Positions 28,941-37,775 of a stretch of 64,000 nucleotides of DNA are shown here, in pieces (position 1 is the first letter of the stretch; every line of letters begins with the position of its first letter). Position numbers and translations under genes: made by a program. The stretch comes from an uncultured Gammaproteobacteria bacterium. GTDB taxonomy: Bacteria > Patescibacteriota > Patescibacteriia > UBA11705 > JABHMO01. Location: positions 16,657 to 80,656 of the forward strand of contig CAZAKN010000001.1 in assembly GCA_964486065.1 (NCBI GenBank), read 5' to 3'. The notes under the pieces were generated by a model. The model was not told the DNA's origin, made no database searches, and worked only from the letters and a program-made list of their open reading frames with translations.

Positions 28941-29072
28941 GATGGCCTCCTTTCTTTCTTTTGGTTTGTGGGTTGAAAAAAAACAATGATTAATGGATAA
29001 TATCATATTTTTCAAAATAAGTCAAATGTAAAATACGATATTTTCCTAAATTTAGATAAATAATACCTTTAA

Positions 29073-29101
29073 TTGTCTTAATTTAGAGGATTAGGTATAA
29101 T
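29073..29101 (+). promoter_or_regulatory. sigma70-type promoter for gltX (TTGTCT - 17 bp - TATAAT)
   Basis: -35 at 29073-29078 and a perfect -10 at 29096-29101, about 30 nt upstream of the gltX ATG. Confidence 0.4.
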
Positions 29102-29129
29102 GTATATTACTTAAAACTAAATTTTTTTT

Positions 29130-30671
29130 ATGGATAATTTAAATTTTGCCAATATCCGCGTGCGTATCGCGCCAAGTCCCACGGGTTTCGTGCATATCGG
29201 TAATTTAAGAACAATTTTGTATAATTATTTATTTACCAAAAGATATGACGGTAAATTTATCGTCAGAATAGAGGATACCGATCAATCCAGAAAAGTTGAC
29301 GGAGCCATGGAAGATCTTTTGCAAACGATCGCTTGGGCGGGCATTGAGACTGATGAAGGACCGTTTATCAAGGCAAAAGGAAAAATTGAGCAAAAAGGAG
29401 GAAACGGACCGTATATTCAATCAGAGAGATTGGATATTTATAAAAATCAAATTCAGGATTTATTGGACAAAAATAAAGCATATTATTGTTTTTGCGATAA
29501 AGAAAGGTTGCAAGCCCTGCGCGAGCAACAAAAAGAACAAAAACAACCCCCAAAATACGATAATTTTTGTCGTGACTTGAATCGTGAAGAAGTGGAATCC
29601 ATGCTTAAATCCGGCGCGCCGTATGTGATTCGTTTTAAAATGCCGGAAAACAAAGAAATTGTTTTTCAAGATGAAGTCTGGGGAACCGTAAAAATGAATA
29701 CCGCGGATATGGATGATTTTGTTTTAATGAAATCAGATGGTTTTCCGACATATCATTTCGCCAGCGTGGTGGATGATCATTTCATGAAAATAACTCATGT
29801 CATGCGAGGCGAAGAATGGATACCCAGCACGCCGAAACATTTTTTGCTTTACGAAGCATTCGGCTGGCAACCGCCTAAATTCGCACATTTACCTGCGCTT
29901 TTAAACAAACAAAAAAAGAAGCTGAGCAAACGAGATGGCGAAACTTCGGTTAAAGATTTCGTGGAAAGCGGATACTTGAAAGACGCTTTGTTGAATTTTA
30001 TCGCTCTACTTGGCTGGAACGCGGGGACAGATCAAGAAATCTATACTTTAAATGAGCTGACCAAGCAATTCAGTTTGGATAATGTTCACAAATCCGGAGC
30101 GGTTTTTGATATGGATAAATTGGATTGGATCAATGGCGTATATTTACGCAAACTTTCTGCGGACGAATTTTATGAAAAATGTTTACCATTTTTAATCAAC
30201 GCGGATCTGATAAGCGAAAACGAAAGCAAATTGATTATCAAGGACACCGGACAAGAAATCAAACAAAAAAACTTGAAAAATATTTTAAAACTAGAGCAAG
30301 AAAGAGTTAAAAAATTAGGAGAAATAAGTGAAGCGGTGGAGTATTTTTTCAAAAAACGAGTGGAACTTGAAGCTGAGAAAATCGTTTGGAAAAAATCCAA
30401 TAGGGAAGATACATTGGATCATTTAAAAAAACTGGAAGCGTTACTGAATGAAATTAATGAAGATGATTTCAAAGAAAAGATTTTAGAACAAAAAATTACC
30501 GAACTTATGGAGAAAAATAATATCGGCACGGGCGACATGCTTTGGCCGATGCGATACGCTTTGACCGGAAGAGATAAGTCGCCCGGACCGTTTGAAGTTG
30601 CCACGGCCATGGGCAAGGATTTGGCTTTATTGAGAATCAATTCAGCCATCGCGGAACTGCTCAGCAAATAA
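29130..30671 (+). CDS. gltX: glutamyl-tRNA synthetase
   Basis: HIGN class-I motif (RIAPSPTGFVHIGNLRT), KMSKS-equivalent KLSKRDG, and a C-terminal anticodon-binding domain. Confidence 0.95.
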   Translation: MDNLNFANIRVRIAPSPTGFVHIGNLRTILYNYLFTKRYDGKFIVRIEDTDQSRKVDGAMEDLLQTIAWAGIETDEGPFIKAKGKIEQKGGNGPYIQSERLDIYKNQIQDLLDKNKAYYCFCDKERLQALREQQKEQKQPPKYDNFCRDLNREEVESMLKSGAPYVIRFKMPENKEIVFQDEVWGTVKMNTADMDDFVLMKSDGFPTYHFASVVDDHFMKITHVMRGEEWIPSTPKHFLLYEAFGWQPPKFAHLPALLNKQKKKLSKRDGETSVKDFVESGYLKDALLNFIALLGWNAGTDQEIYTLNELTKQFSLDNVHKSGAVFDMDKLDWINGVYLRKLSADEFYEKCLPFLINADLISENESKLIIKDTGQEIKQKNLKNILKLEQERVKKLGEISEAVEYFFKKRVELEAEKIVWKKSNREDTLDHLKKLEALLNEINEDDFKEKILEQKITELMEKNNIGTGDMLWPMRYALTGRDKSPGPFEVATAMGKDLALLRINSAIAELLSK

Positions 30672-30683
30672 AATCAAGCTACT

Positions 30684-30712
30684 AAAAAAGAGTTCACGGA
30701 CTCTTTTTTGTT
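30684..30712 (+). terminator. rho-independent terminator after gltX
   Basis: AAAAAAGAGT-TCACGG-ACTCTTTTTT: a 10-bp stem flanked by an A-tract and a T-tract, 13 nt past the stop. Confidence 0.7.
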
Positions 30713-30763
30713 TGCTTTTAAATATGTTATAATACTCTTGTAAATCAGCTAATTTGTAATTTT

Positions 30764-31966
30764 ATGAAACATTTCAAATATATTTGTTTTTTAATGATTT
30801 TCAGCTTGACGCTGGGTATTGCTCCGAATTTCGGCTTGGCGGATGAAATTGATGAAATAAATGAAGATATTGCCGCCAAAAAACAAGAATTGCAACAAAT
30901 TCAAGATCGTATCGCGGAATATCAAGTGGCCATTGACTCCAAAAGGAATGAAGTGGCCAGCTTGCAAAAAGATTTGGATATTTTAGAAAATGAAATAGCC
31001 AAGGCCGAATTGGCGATCAAAGCCACCAAAGTGGAAATTACGGAAAACCAATTGGAAACCAGGAATTTAGAAATCGCCATCTTGCATCGCGAGGATGAAA
31101 TTGAAAAGCAAAAAGGCAATATGAAAGATTTGATTTTGGAAATGTATAAAAAAGATTCAGCCAATGAATTGCAGATTTTATTGATGAACGATAGTATTTC
31201 CGAATATTTCAATGAACTTGAATACACCAAGAAATTAGAAAATAGCGTATTTAATACTTTAAAAAACATTCAAGACAAAAAAAACGAGCTGGAAGAATCA
31301 AAAAGTGAACTGGAAGATAAAAGAGACCAATTACTGGCTTTGCAAAAGGATTTGGAAATCAAGGAACAAGAATTAAAAGGTGAAGTTGATTATAAAAATA
31401 TTTTGATTACCGAAACACAAAATTCCGAAGCAAAATACACGGAATTATATTGGAAAGCGCAACAAGAACAACAATCGGCCAATAATGAAATCATCGCTTT
31501 GGAAAGAGAAGCACGACGCCGATTGGAACAAGCCAAAGGAGATCGGCCCGAATTAACCGATGCCGCGCTCAGTTGGCCGGTACCGAAAAATACCATCACC
31601 GCGACCTTTCACGATCCCACATATCCGTTCCGGCATTTGTTTGAACATCCCGGCATTGATGTCCGAGCGGGGCAGGGGACACAGATCAAAGCTCCGGCTG
31701 ATGGCTATATTATAAAAGCGAAAAACAATGGCATGGGTTACAGTTATTTATCCATTCTGCACGCCAACGGAATTTCCACGGTTTACGGTCATGTCAGCAA
31801 ATTCTATGTTAGTAATGATGAATATGTAAAAAGGGGAGAAGTGGTGGCTTTGACCGGCGGTATGCCGGGAACACCGGGAGCGGGTAACCTTTCCACCGGA
31901 CCGCATTTGCATTTTGAAGTTCGCTTGAACGGTATTCCGGTTAATCCTTTGGATTATTTACCCTAA
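30764..31966 (+). CDS. M23-family metallopeptidase with N-terminal signal and long coiled-coil (EnvC/NlpD-like murein hydrolase or activator)
   Basis: Signal peptide, about 250 aa of heptad-rich coiled coil, then an M23 LytM domain (HPGIDVRAG...GPHLHFEV). Confidence 0.85.
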   Translation: MKHFKYICFLMIFSLTLGIAPNFGLADEIDEINEDIAAKKQELQQIQDRIAEYQVAIDSKRNEVASLQKDLDILENEIAKAELAIKATKVEITENQLETRNLEIAILHREDEIEKQKGNMKDLILEMYKKDSANELQILLMNDSISEYFNELEYTKKLENSVFNTLKNIQDKKNELEESKSELEDKRDQLLALQKDLEIKEQELKGEVDYKNILITETQNSEAKYTELYWKAQQEQQSANNEIIALEREARRRLEQAKGDRPELTDAALSWPVPKNTITATFHDPTYPFRHLFEHPGIDVRAGQGTQIKAPADGYIIKAKNNGMGYSYLSILHANGISTVYGHVSKFYVSNDEYVKRGEVVALTGGMPGTPGAGNLSTGPHLHFEVRLNGIPVNPLDYLP

Positions 31967-31987
31967 TTATTTTACATTCAATATTTC

Positions 31988-32020
31988 AACGACCATACTT
32001 GAAAGTATGGTCGTTTATTT
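31988..32020 (+). terminator. rho-independent terminator after the M23 peptidase gene
   Basis: 12-bp perfect stem AACGACCATACT-TGAA-AGTATGGTCGTT followed by TATTTC. Confidence 0.65.
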
Positions 32021-32026
32021 CAAAAT

Positions 32027-32422
32027 ATGAATCAAGAAGAGTTAAACAGACACGCTCAACTGGTGGAACTGATGTTCTTCAGAGTTCTTGAAATTTTAAA
32101 AATCAAAAATGTTCACTTACGCATTATGCGAAGACAGGGGAGTAAAAGCAATGAGAATTATACGCTAGGTTACATTGATTTACGAAAAAGAATTATTTGT
32201 TTGGATATTATTACGCCGAAAACTTTAAAACCGAAAAGTCTGAACGGATTGATCCGGACTTTGGCTCACGAAATAGCGCATTTACAAAAACCACCTTATC
32301 GGGAAAGATATAAAAGACGCTGGATCACCAGACAGCATTATCCGGAATTTTACAAACAAGTGGAGAAAAATATTACTAAAATAAAAAAAGACCCGATACT
32401 TGGGTTACATTTCAGGAATTGA
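32027..32422 (+). CDS. small HExxH zinc-metallopeptidase-like protein (SprT/YgjP-like)
   Basis: LAHEIAHL zincin motif in a 131-aa basic protein. The family assignment is tentative. Confidence 0.45.
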   Translation: MNQEELNRHAQLVELMFFRVLEILKIKNVHLRIMRRQGSKSNENYTLGYIDLRKRIICLDIITPKTLKPKSLNGLIRTLAHEIAHLQKPPYRERYKRRWITRQHYPEFYKQVEKNITKIKKDPILGLHFRN

Positions 32423-32481
32423 CAAGTTTATTATAATGTTTTAATATCAGAAATCGTTTCGTTCATTCCCAAGGAGTCATC

Positions 32482-32964
32482 ATGCTAATCAAAATCATTC
32501 CTTTATGTCTCGGTATCGGACTGGGATTGCTTATCTTTCATTTGCTGAAAATCACCTTTATTGAATCATATGTTTGGAAAGCACGCAGAGAGTTGAAAAA
32601 ACTCCGCGAACAAAAGCCTCAGACTTTGGAAGACATTGAGAACTTTTTTCAAGATATAAAGATACGCATGAGTAGTCATTTTCGCAAATTCGCCATTACG
32701 ATATTATTACTGATGACGGTGACCGCGATTATATTCAAAATCATCGGCATCAGCCCTGAAAATCATCCTGAAATGATTGACTCTTTCTTTTTCTCGCTGT
32801 GTTTGCTCACGAGCGTAGAAATTATTTTCAGCGTCATCAATCATTTAATCGTGGAAAAGTGGCGAGAAGTATTGGCTAAAAAACAATCAACCAATGTTGA
32901 TTACATGATCCTTATGTTGCAATATTCATTGCCACACAAAAGGAAAAAACAAACGGACGCTTAA
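32482..32964 (+). CDS. hypothetical membrane protein
   Basis: 160 aa with three hydrophobic helices and no motif. Confidence 0.4.
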   Translation: MLIKIIPLCLGIGLGLLIFHLLKITFIESYVWKARRELKKLREQKPQTLEDIENFFQDIKIRMSSHFRKFAITILLLMTVTAIIFKIIGISPENHPEMIDSFFFSLCLLTSVEIIFSVINHLIVEKWREVLAKKQSTNVDYMILMLQYSLPHKRKKQTDA

Positions 32965-32979
32965 GCGTCCGTTTTTCAA
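32951..32979. terminator. bidirectional intrinsic terminator shared by convergent genes (stop codon TAA sits in the loop)
   Basis: AAACGGACGC-TTAA-GCGTCCGTTT, with an A-tract upstream and a T-tract downstream. It serves the + gene ending at 32964 and the - strand xerC/D gene ending at 32976. Confidence 0.7.
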
Positions 32980-33944
32980 TCTTTAATATTCTTGCCACCA
33001 TGATATTTCAAATATGTATCTCGCAAATCTTTATTTGTAACATGAGTATATATTTGAGTAGTGATAATATTTCGGTGTCCGAGAAATTCTTGAATCATTC
33101 TTAAATCAACTCCTTGACTAAGCAAATCCGTGGCATATGAATGTCGCAAAGTGTGAGGAGATGTGGCAATATCCAAACCGGCTATTTTGACATATTTTTT
33201 TACAATATTTTCAATGGATCTTGTGGTTAAACGACGAGTTGGCTTTTTTTCAGCGCCTTTAATGAAATTTACGAATAATGCTTTATCCATAATATGCCTG
33301 CGTGATTGTATATATTTGTTTATCCAAAATAAACATCTTTCGGAAAAAAATATGACTCGCGGTTTATTACCTTTGCCTTTAATGGTCAATTCCAAATATT
33401 TTTGATTGTCTTTAAGTGGAAATTGTTCAAGATTCAGTTGCACCAGTTCTGAAACCCTAAGACCGGTTGAAAAAAGTGTTTCCAAAATGGCGCGATCACG
33501 CAAACCGCCTTGCTCTTTAACATTTGGCGCCAAAATTAATTTTTCAATTTGTTCAAGTTTTAAAAAATGAACGGTTTTTTCTTTTGATTGTTTGGCCAAT
33601 TTGATTTTTTCACTCGGTAGGGAAGTTATATCCTTATCCGCGAAATAATTGAGCAAAGCTCGTAAAGCGATCAAATAATAGTTTTGCGTGCTTTTTTTCA
33701 ATGGTTGGTTGGATTTTTCAGAAGTCGTATTCCGAGATAAAAAAACTCTGTATTTCCAGATATGATCCGCGGTCAATTCATGGGGGAGAAGATTTCGCAA
33801 ATTTTGGTTTTTTAACCATTCGGCAAAACGATTTAAAAATCTGGAATAATTTTCTTGGGTTTTATTTGATAAACCTTTTTCAATTTCCAAATAATCAAGA
33901 AAATTCGGAATGTGTTTAATTATCGGCAGGGTAGAGTTTTGCAT
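32976..33944 (-). CDS. xerC: tyrosine site-specific recombinase XerC/XerD family
   Basis: N-terminal SAM-like core-binding domain and a C-terminal catalytic domain with R...HTLRHSYAT...LGHRNIITTQIYTHV. The R-H-R-Y tetrad context is conserved. Confidence 0.85.
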   Translation of the reverse strand: MQNSTLPIIKHIPNFLDYLEIEKGLSNKTQENYSRFLNRFAEWLKNQNLRNLLPHELTADHIWKYRVFLSRNTTSEKSNQPLKKSTQNYYLIALRALLNYFADKDITSLPSEKIKLAKQSKEKTVHFLKLEQIEKLILAPNVKEQGGLRDRAILETLFSTGLRVSELVQLNLEQFPLKDNQKYLELTIKGKGNKPRVIFFSERCLFWINKYIQSRRHIMDKALFVNFIKGAEKKPTRRLTTRSIENIVKKYVKIAGLDIATSPHTLRHSYATDLLSQGVDLRMIQEFLGHRNIITTQIYTHVTNKDLRDTYLKYHGGKNIKD

Positions 33945-34469
33945 ATTTATTCGGTTAATATCTAACTTCGCATAATATTGATTAAGAGAAGTAATCTATA
34001 CTTATTATAACCATTAAAACATATATATCAACCCATATATCCACAAATTGTCTGTTCAACTGTCAATCTCCCTTCAAACATACCGCTTATTACACATGTT
34101 TCATGAAAAGTTTTTGTTTTTTGAGTGTTATACCATTCGGCTAAAAAACCCTCGCTTACAACGCAATTTTGAGCCTCATTTTTTAGCTAAATTTGAAGTA
34201 ATATTGCACCCAGTTCAAACACATTGAAATATACATATTACATGATCTTTAACAGCTGAATTTCGGATTATTTTGAATGATAATATATGTGAAATATAAT
34301 TAATTTTCATATAGATATATACAAAAGATAAATATATTGGAAAAACGAAATTTATGAATAAATGCAAAATATATAATAAATAGTCATTTATATAACACGA
34401 AATATTGCCGCACTACTCCGACAAGCAAAAAACAACACATTGTGTCGTAAAATATCAAAAGAGGATAAT

Positions 34470-34491
34470 TGTGGATAATAAGTTATCCACA
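34470..34491. promoter_or_regulatory. inverted pair of perfect DnaA-box 9-mers (TGTGGATAA-taag-TTATCCACA) inside a ~650 bp AT-rich non-coding region
   Basis: Both arms match the DnaA-box consensus TTATCCACA exactly. A third near-box ATATCCACA lies at 34037-34045, and a further perfect box lies at 11510-11518. Confidence 0.4.
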
Positions 34492-34589
34492 GCTATTAAA
34501 GCAATTTCAAAACTACGAATTCATTTCATTACAAACATTTAATTTCATGGTAATGTTTATCAACCTTTTTCGCCTCCCCCACTCCAATT

Positions 34590-34614
34590 AAAAAAGGTGC
34601 CGTTATTACGACAC
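34590..34614 (-). terminator. intrinsic terminator ending the ftsQ-linked operon
   Basis: Minus strand reads GGTGTCG-TAATAAC-GGCACC followed by TTTTTT, 12 nt after the stop of 34626-35009. Confidence 0.5.
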
Positions 34615-34625
34615 CCTGTTTGAAA

Positions 34626-35009
34626 TTAGTTTTCGGGAAAATGCTTTCTGATTTCCCGTTCATTTTTTTCCGCCAGAGTTTCTTCCCGTTGTTCTGAAGC
34701 AACATTCTCGGAGCTTGAAGTTTGCTCCCCTGCTTCGCGAGCCTTTTTTCTCTCATCGGATCTTTCTTTCACCTTATCCGCTTGCTTGATTTTTTCCATT
34801 TTGGCCGCGTCTTGTTCTTCTCTGTCCTTGGTGGCTTTTTTTTGTACCTCCTCTTTAGCCGCGTCCAGCATCTCACCCAAATAAACGAAAAGTTCATGGG
34901 CAAAATATAGACCGATGAAGACCAGTGCCCAAGCAAAAAGAAAGGACACGACATTATCCAACGGTGAAGACAAGGCATTGCCCAGTGCGATGAACCAGTT
35001 CATTATCAA
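34626..35009 (-). CDS. membrane protein with two TM helices and a Lys/Glu-rich low-complexity tail
   Basis: The N-terminal 60 aa are hydrophobic, followed by a KE-rich charged tail. A 4-nt ATGA overlap with the upstream gene suggests translational coupling. Confidence 0.45.
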   Translation of the reverse strand: MIMNWFIALGNALSSPLDNVVSFLFAWALVFIGLYFAHELFVYLGEMLDAAKEEVQKKATKDREEQDAAKMEKIKQADKVKERSDERKKAREAGEQTSSSENVASEQREETLAEKNEREIRKHFPEN

Positions 35010-35536
35010 ACCTCCTTATGGGTTTTTGAGAAAGAATCCGATAATTCTTTCAGTCGTTGTTCCACTTCCCTGATCTCACGATTCAGATTGGCTGATTGTA
35101 TTTCCAACTTTCGCAAAGCGGATTGGCTCTCGGTATTGATGGAGGCAATCTTGGCTTTGGCGGTCAATTCAATTTTGAGCTTTTCAATAGCCAACTCTTG
35201 TCGCTTAACCGACAGTTCATTCAAGGATCCCATCAATCTACCGACTTTATCCTCACTTGTTTGGAAAAATCTGCCCCGAAAGGATTTGTTCTCCGGTTCT
35301 TTTTGCGCTGTATAAACATTTTGAGCGACCGTGCGGATTTCATCCCCAGCTTTGGTCAATGTTTTTTTCAGCTTATTACTTCCGTGCTTGAAGCTTGTTT
35401 CAAGACCGGAAATAAAACTCGCCAGCGCGGCCATCAATAAAACCATGATCAACACAAGACCGATTATTATCGGCCATTTTTCTTGTTGCGGAGAATTTAG
35501 GATTTCCCCCACGGTTTGCAAAATGTTTTCAAGCAT
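35006..35536 (-). CDS. bitopic coiled-coil protein (short cytoplasmic N-terminus, one TM helix, ~130-aa extracytoplasmic coiled coil); FtsL/FtsB/DivIC-like topology
   Basis: TM segment WPIIIGLVLIMVLLMAALASFISGL, followed by a continuous heptad-like stretch (LKIELTAKAKIASINTESQSALRKLEIQSANLNREIREVEQRLKEL). Confidence 0.5.
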   Translation of the reverse strand: MLENILQTVGEILNSPQQEKWPIIIGLVLIMVLLMAALASFISGLETSFKHGSNKLKKTLTKAGDEIRTVAQNVYTAQKEPENKSFRGRFFQTSEDKVGRLMGSLNELSVKRQELAIEKLKIELTAKAKIASINTESQSALRKLEIQSANLNREIREVEQRLKELSDSFSKTHKEV

Positions 35537-35654
35537 TATATTACCTCGCTTGTTGCGGATTTTTTAAATGTACGATAGTTAAATTTAGCACAATTCCCCA
35601 CTTTTAGTCAATATTAAAACCGCCCCGGCATGAGCTGGGACGGTTTGCTTCAAT

Positions 35655-35714
35655 TTAAGCGACAAAACCGTAAAATATTACGATTAAGCCTACGACAATC
35701 AAGGTTTCAGCCAT
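35655..35714 (-). CDS. 19-aa hydrophobic micropeptide with strong SD (MAETLIVVGLIVIFYGFVA); absent from the supplied ORF track
   Basis: AGGAGG lies 5 nt upstream of the ATG. It is the first ORF after a consensus promoter, a single-helix peptide, and is followed by a hairpin. Confidence 0.4.
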   Translation of the reverse strand: MAETLIVVGLIVIFYGFVA

Positions 35715-35750
35715 GACTACCTCCTTTCTGTTTTCTGTAAAAACTAAAAA

Positions 35751-35797
35751 ATGTGCAATTAACTGCACATATTAACACAAAATAAATATTTTGTCAA
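35751..35797 (-). promoter_or_regulatory. consensus sigma70 promoter (TTGACA-17-TAATAT) overlapping a 20-bp near-perfect palindrome ATGTGCAaTTAACTGCACAT (putative operator)
   Basis: On the minus strand TTGACA (35792-35797) is separated by 17 bp from TAATAT (35769-35774). The palindrome at 35751-35770 spans the predicted transcription start, about 40 nt upstream of the micropeptide ATG. Confidence 0.5.
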
Positions 35798-35800
35798 TCC

Positions 35801-36625
35801 CTACTTGTAATTCACTTTTTCACCGAATCTCAAATCTATATATTTCAAGAAGGCTAAATTTTCTTGAATATCCGGTTGACGGGTCAAAATCATCAATCTG
35901 GCCATCTGCGCTTCTATTGAATCCGTTAAATCAAATCTGAGTTCAGGACCGGTCGCAACAAAAACCGTTATTGAAGGCTGCAAAAGTTCATATTGCAAAA
36001 TGTCTCCGAATTGCTCGGAGCCGGACAAAAATTCATGAAGAGTAAAAATTTTTCTCAAATCTTGTTTGTTGATCGCTGTTTTACCGAGCGCCAATTGCTT
36101 ATTTTTCAAATCCTTTATTTGAATATCTTTACCACTGTCGGGCTGACAATACTCCACGGCTAACCCCGTGGGATCAAGCGAAAAACAAATATTATTGGTC
36201 AACCAATTTAAACTAGAAGGTTTTTCTCTCAAACTAATTATCACTTCATTACGAAACTTTTTTTCCACTCGCAAATCATCCAACCAATATTCATTCAAAA
36301 TTCTATCTCTAACTTCTCCACTATCAAAATTCCAATAATTATTTTTGGAGAAAATAAGCCACTTGTTTTTATAACGATAATTATCAACGATTTGCATAAT
36401 ACTGTCGCGACTGATTCTTTCCAATCCGTTTACTTGAATGTTTTTAATTTTAAAAAACGGTGAAAAATACAAAACATACCCCAGCAATATCAATAAAACC
36501 AAAGACGCAATGAGCAAATACTTTTGTTTCACTTTGTATTTTCTCTTTTTATCCTTGGCTTTGATGGGATTGGAATAATCGTTTACCGCAAAATCTTTTT
36601 TGTATTTAACGCTGATTTGCGCCAT
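35801..36625 (-). CDS. ftsQ: cell division protein FtsQ/DivIB (single TM + POTRA domain)
   Basis: Basic N-terminus, one TM helix (LLIASLVLLILLGYVLYF), then a POTRA-like segment (IKNIQVNGLERISRDSIMQIV). The alr-ftsQ arrangement fits a cell-wall/division locus. Confidence 0.7.
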   Translation of the reverse strand: MAQISVKYKKDFAVNDYSNPIKAKDKKRKYKVKQKYLLIASLVLLILLGYVLYFSPFFKIKNIQVNGLERISRDSIMQIVDNYRYKNKWLIFSKNNYWNFDSGEVRDRILNEYWLDDLRVEKKFRNEVIISLREKPSSLNWLTNNICFSLDPTGLAVEYCQPDSGKDIQIKDLKNKQLALGKTAINKQDLRKIFTLHEFLSGSEQFGDILQYELLQPSITVFVATGPELRFDLTDSIEAQMARLMILTRQPDIQENLAFLKYIDLRFGEKVNYK

Positions 36626-36627
36626 AG

Positions 36628-37773
36628 TTATACGATAAATCTTGGAATTTGAGGATTGATTCTGGTGGTCACTTCGTAATTGATGGTATTGATTTTCTTA
36701 GCCACTTCTTCCGTGGAAATAAATTCATTTTCTTGTTGCCCGATAATAACCACTTCATCTTCCAATTCAACATTAGGTAAATGTTCCACATCAATAACCG
36801 TCATATTCATGCAAACTCTGCCGAGAACTTTACACCTTTTGCCATGAACTAAAACATTGCCCACGCTGGATAAACCCCGATCAAATCCATCATAATAACC
36901 GATCGGCAAAATCGCCGTTTTGGTGTCTTTGTTTATAACTTCTGTGCAACCGTAACTTATCGCCGTTCCGGCCGGCAGTTTTTTTATATGAGCAATTTTG
37001 GTTTTCCAGGTTAAAGCCGGTTTTAAATTCAATTTAACATTTTTTTGTTTGGCGCTGACTTGCGTCTCGCCGGAACTCCACATGCCGTATAAACTGATGC
37101 CCAATCTAACCATGTCCAAATGCGTTTCCGGATATGCCACGATGGCCGCGCTACAAGCCGTATGTTTAACAAAGGAAGAAAAACCGGATTCATTCGCGTA
37201 TTTCACCGCTTGATTGTAAATCGCGAACTGACCATCAGCATAAGTCCGATCCGTGGTATCTTCAATATTGGCGAAATGAGTACTCACTCCGGCCAAGATC
37301 AAATGGTTGTTATTTTTTATTAGTTCAAAAAACTTCGGTAATTTATGCAACAAAATTCCTTGACGAGATGTTCCGGTTTCAACTTTTAAATGAACTTTAA
37401 CGGGACGATCAAATTTACGGGTCAGTTCATCAAGTTTCATCAAAGTACGATAATTCGCCACCACTTGGTTTAAATCAAATTTCAAAAGTTCCGGCAATCT
37501 TGACTCCAAAGTATAGCCTAAAACCAAAATCGGTTTATTGACGCCGGATTTGCGAAGTTCCAAAGCTTCATCAATCGCGTCCACGCCGATCCAATCAACC
37601 TGCGATTCAATAATTTCCGCCATTTCCGGCAATCCATGTCCGTAAGCATTGGATTTAATCACCCCCATCAATTTAACTTTCGGACCGATGTGCTGGTGAA
37701 ATTCCAGAATATTATGCAGAATATTCTGCCGACTTATCTCTACCCATGTTTTATAATCACCGGGATTTTTCAT
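36628..37773 (-). CDS. alr: alanine racemase
   Basis: PLP-lysine motif VIKSNAYGHG, TIM-barrel N-domain and C-terminal beta domain. 381 aa. Confidence 0.9.
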   Translation of the reverse strand: MKNPGDYKTWVEISRQNILHNILEFHQHIGPKVKLMGVIKSNAYGHGLPEMAEIIESQVDWIGVDAIDEALELRKSGVNKPILVLGYTLESRLPELLKFDLNQVVANYRTLMKLDELTRKFDRPVKVHLKVETGTSRQGILLHKLPKFFELIKNNNHLILAGVSTHFANIEDTTDRTYADGQFAIYNQAVKYANESGFSSFVKHTACSAAIVAYPETHLDMVRLGISLYGMWSSGETQVSAKQKNVKLNLKPALTWKTKIAHIKKLPAGTAISYGCTEVINKDTKTAILPIGYYDGFDRGLSSVGNVLVHGKRCKVLGRVCMNMTVIDVEHLPNVELEDEVVIIGQQENEFISTEEVAKKINTINYEVTTRINPQIPRFIV

Positions 37774-37775
37774 AA

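Noticed and set aside
28134-28976. 280-aa plus-strand ORF
   Set aside because: It lies entirely antisense to the GC-rich gene 28080-28940. It has no SD, no start context and no recognisable domain. Long antisense ORFs are expected in GC-rich segments embedded in an AT-rich genome, so it is a shadow ORF.
33945-34625. XerCD dif site next to xerC
   Set aside because: I compared AT-rich candidates (for example ...AATATACATATTACATGA...) with E. coli and B. subtilis dif 28-mers. Neither arm aligned acceptably, so no dif site is claimed.
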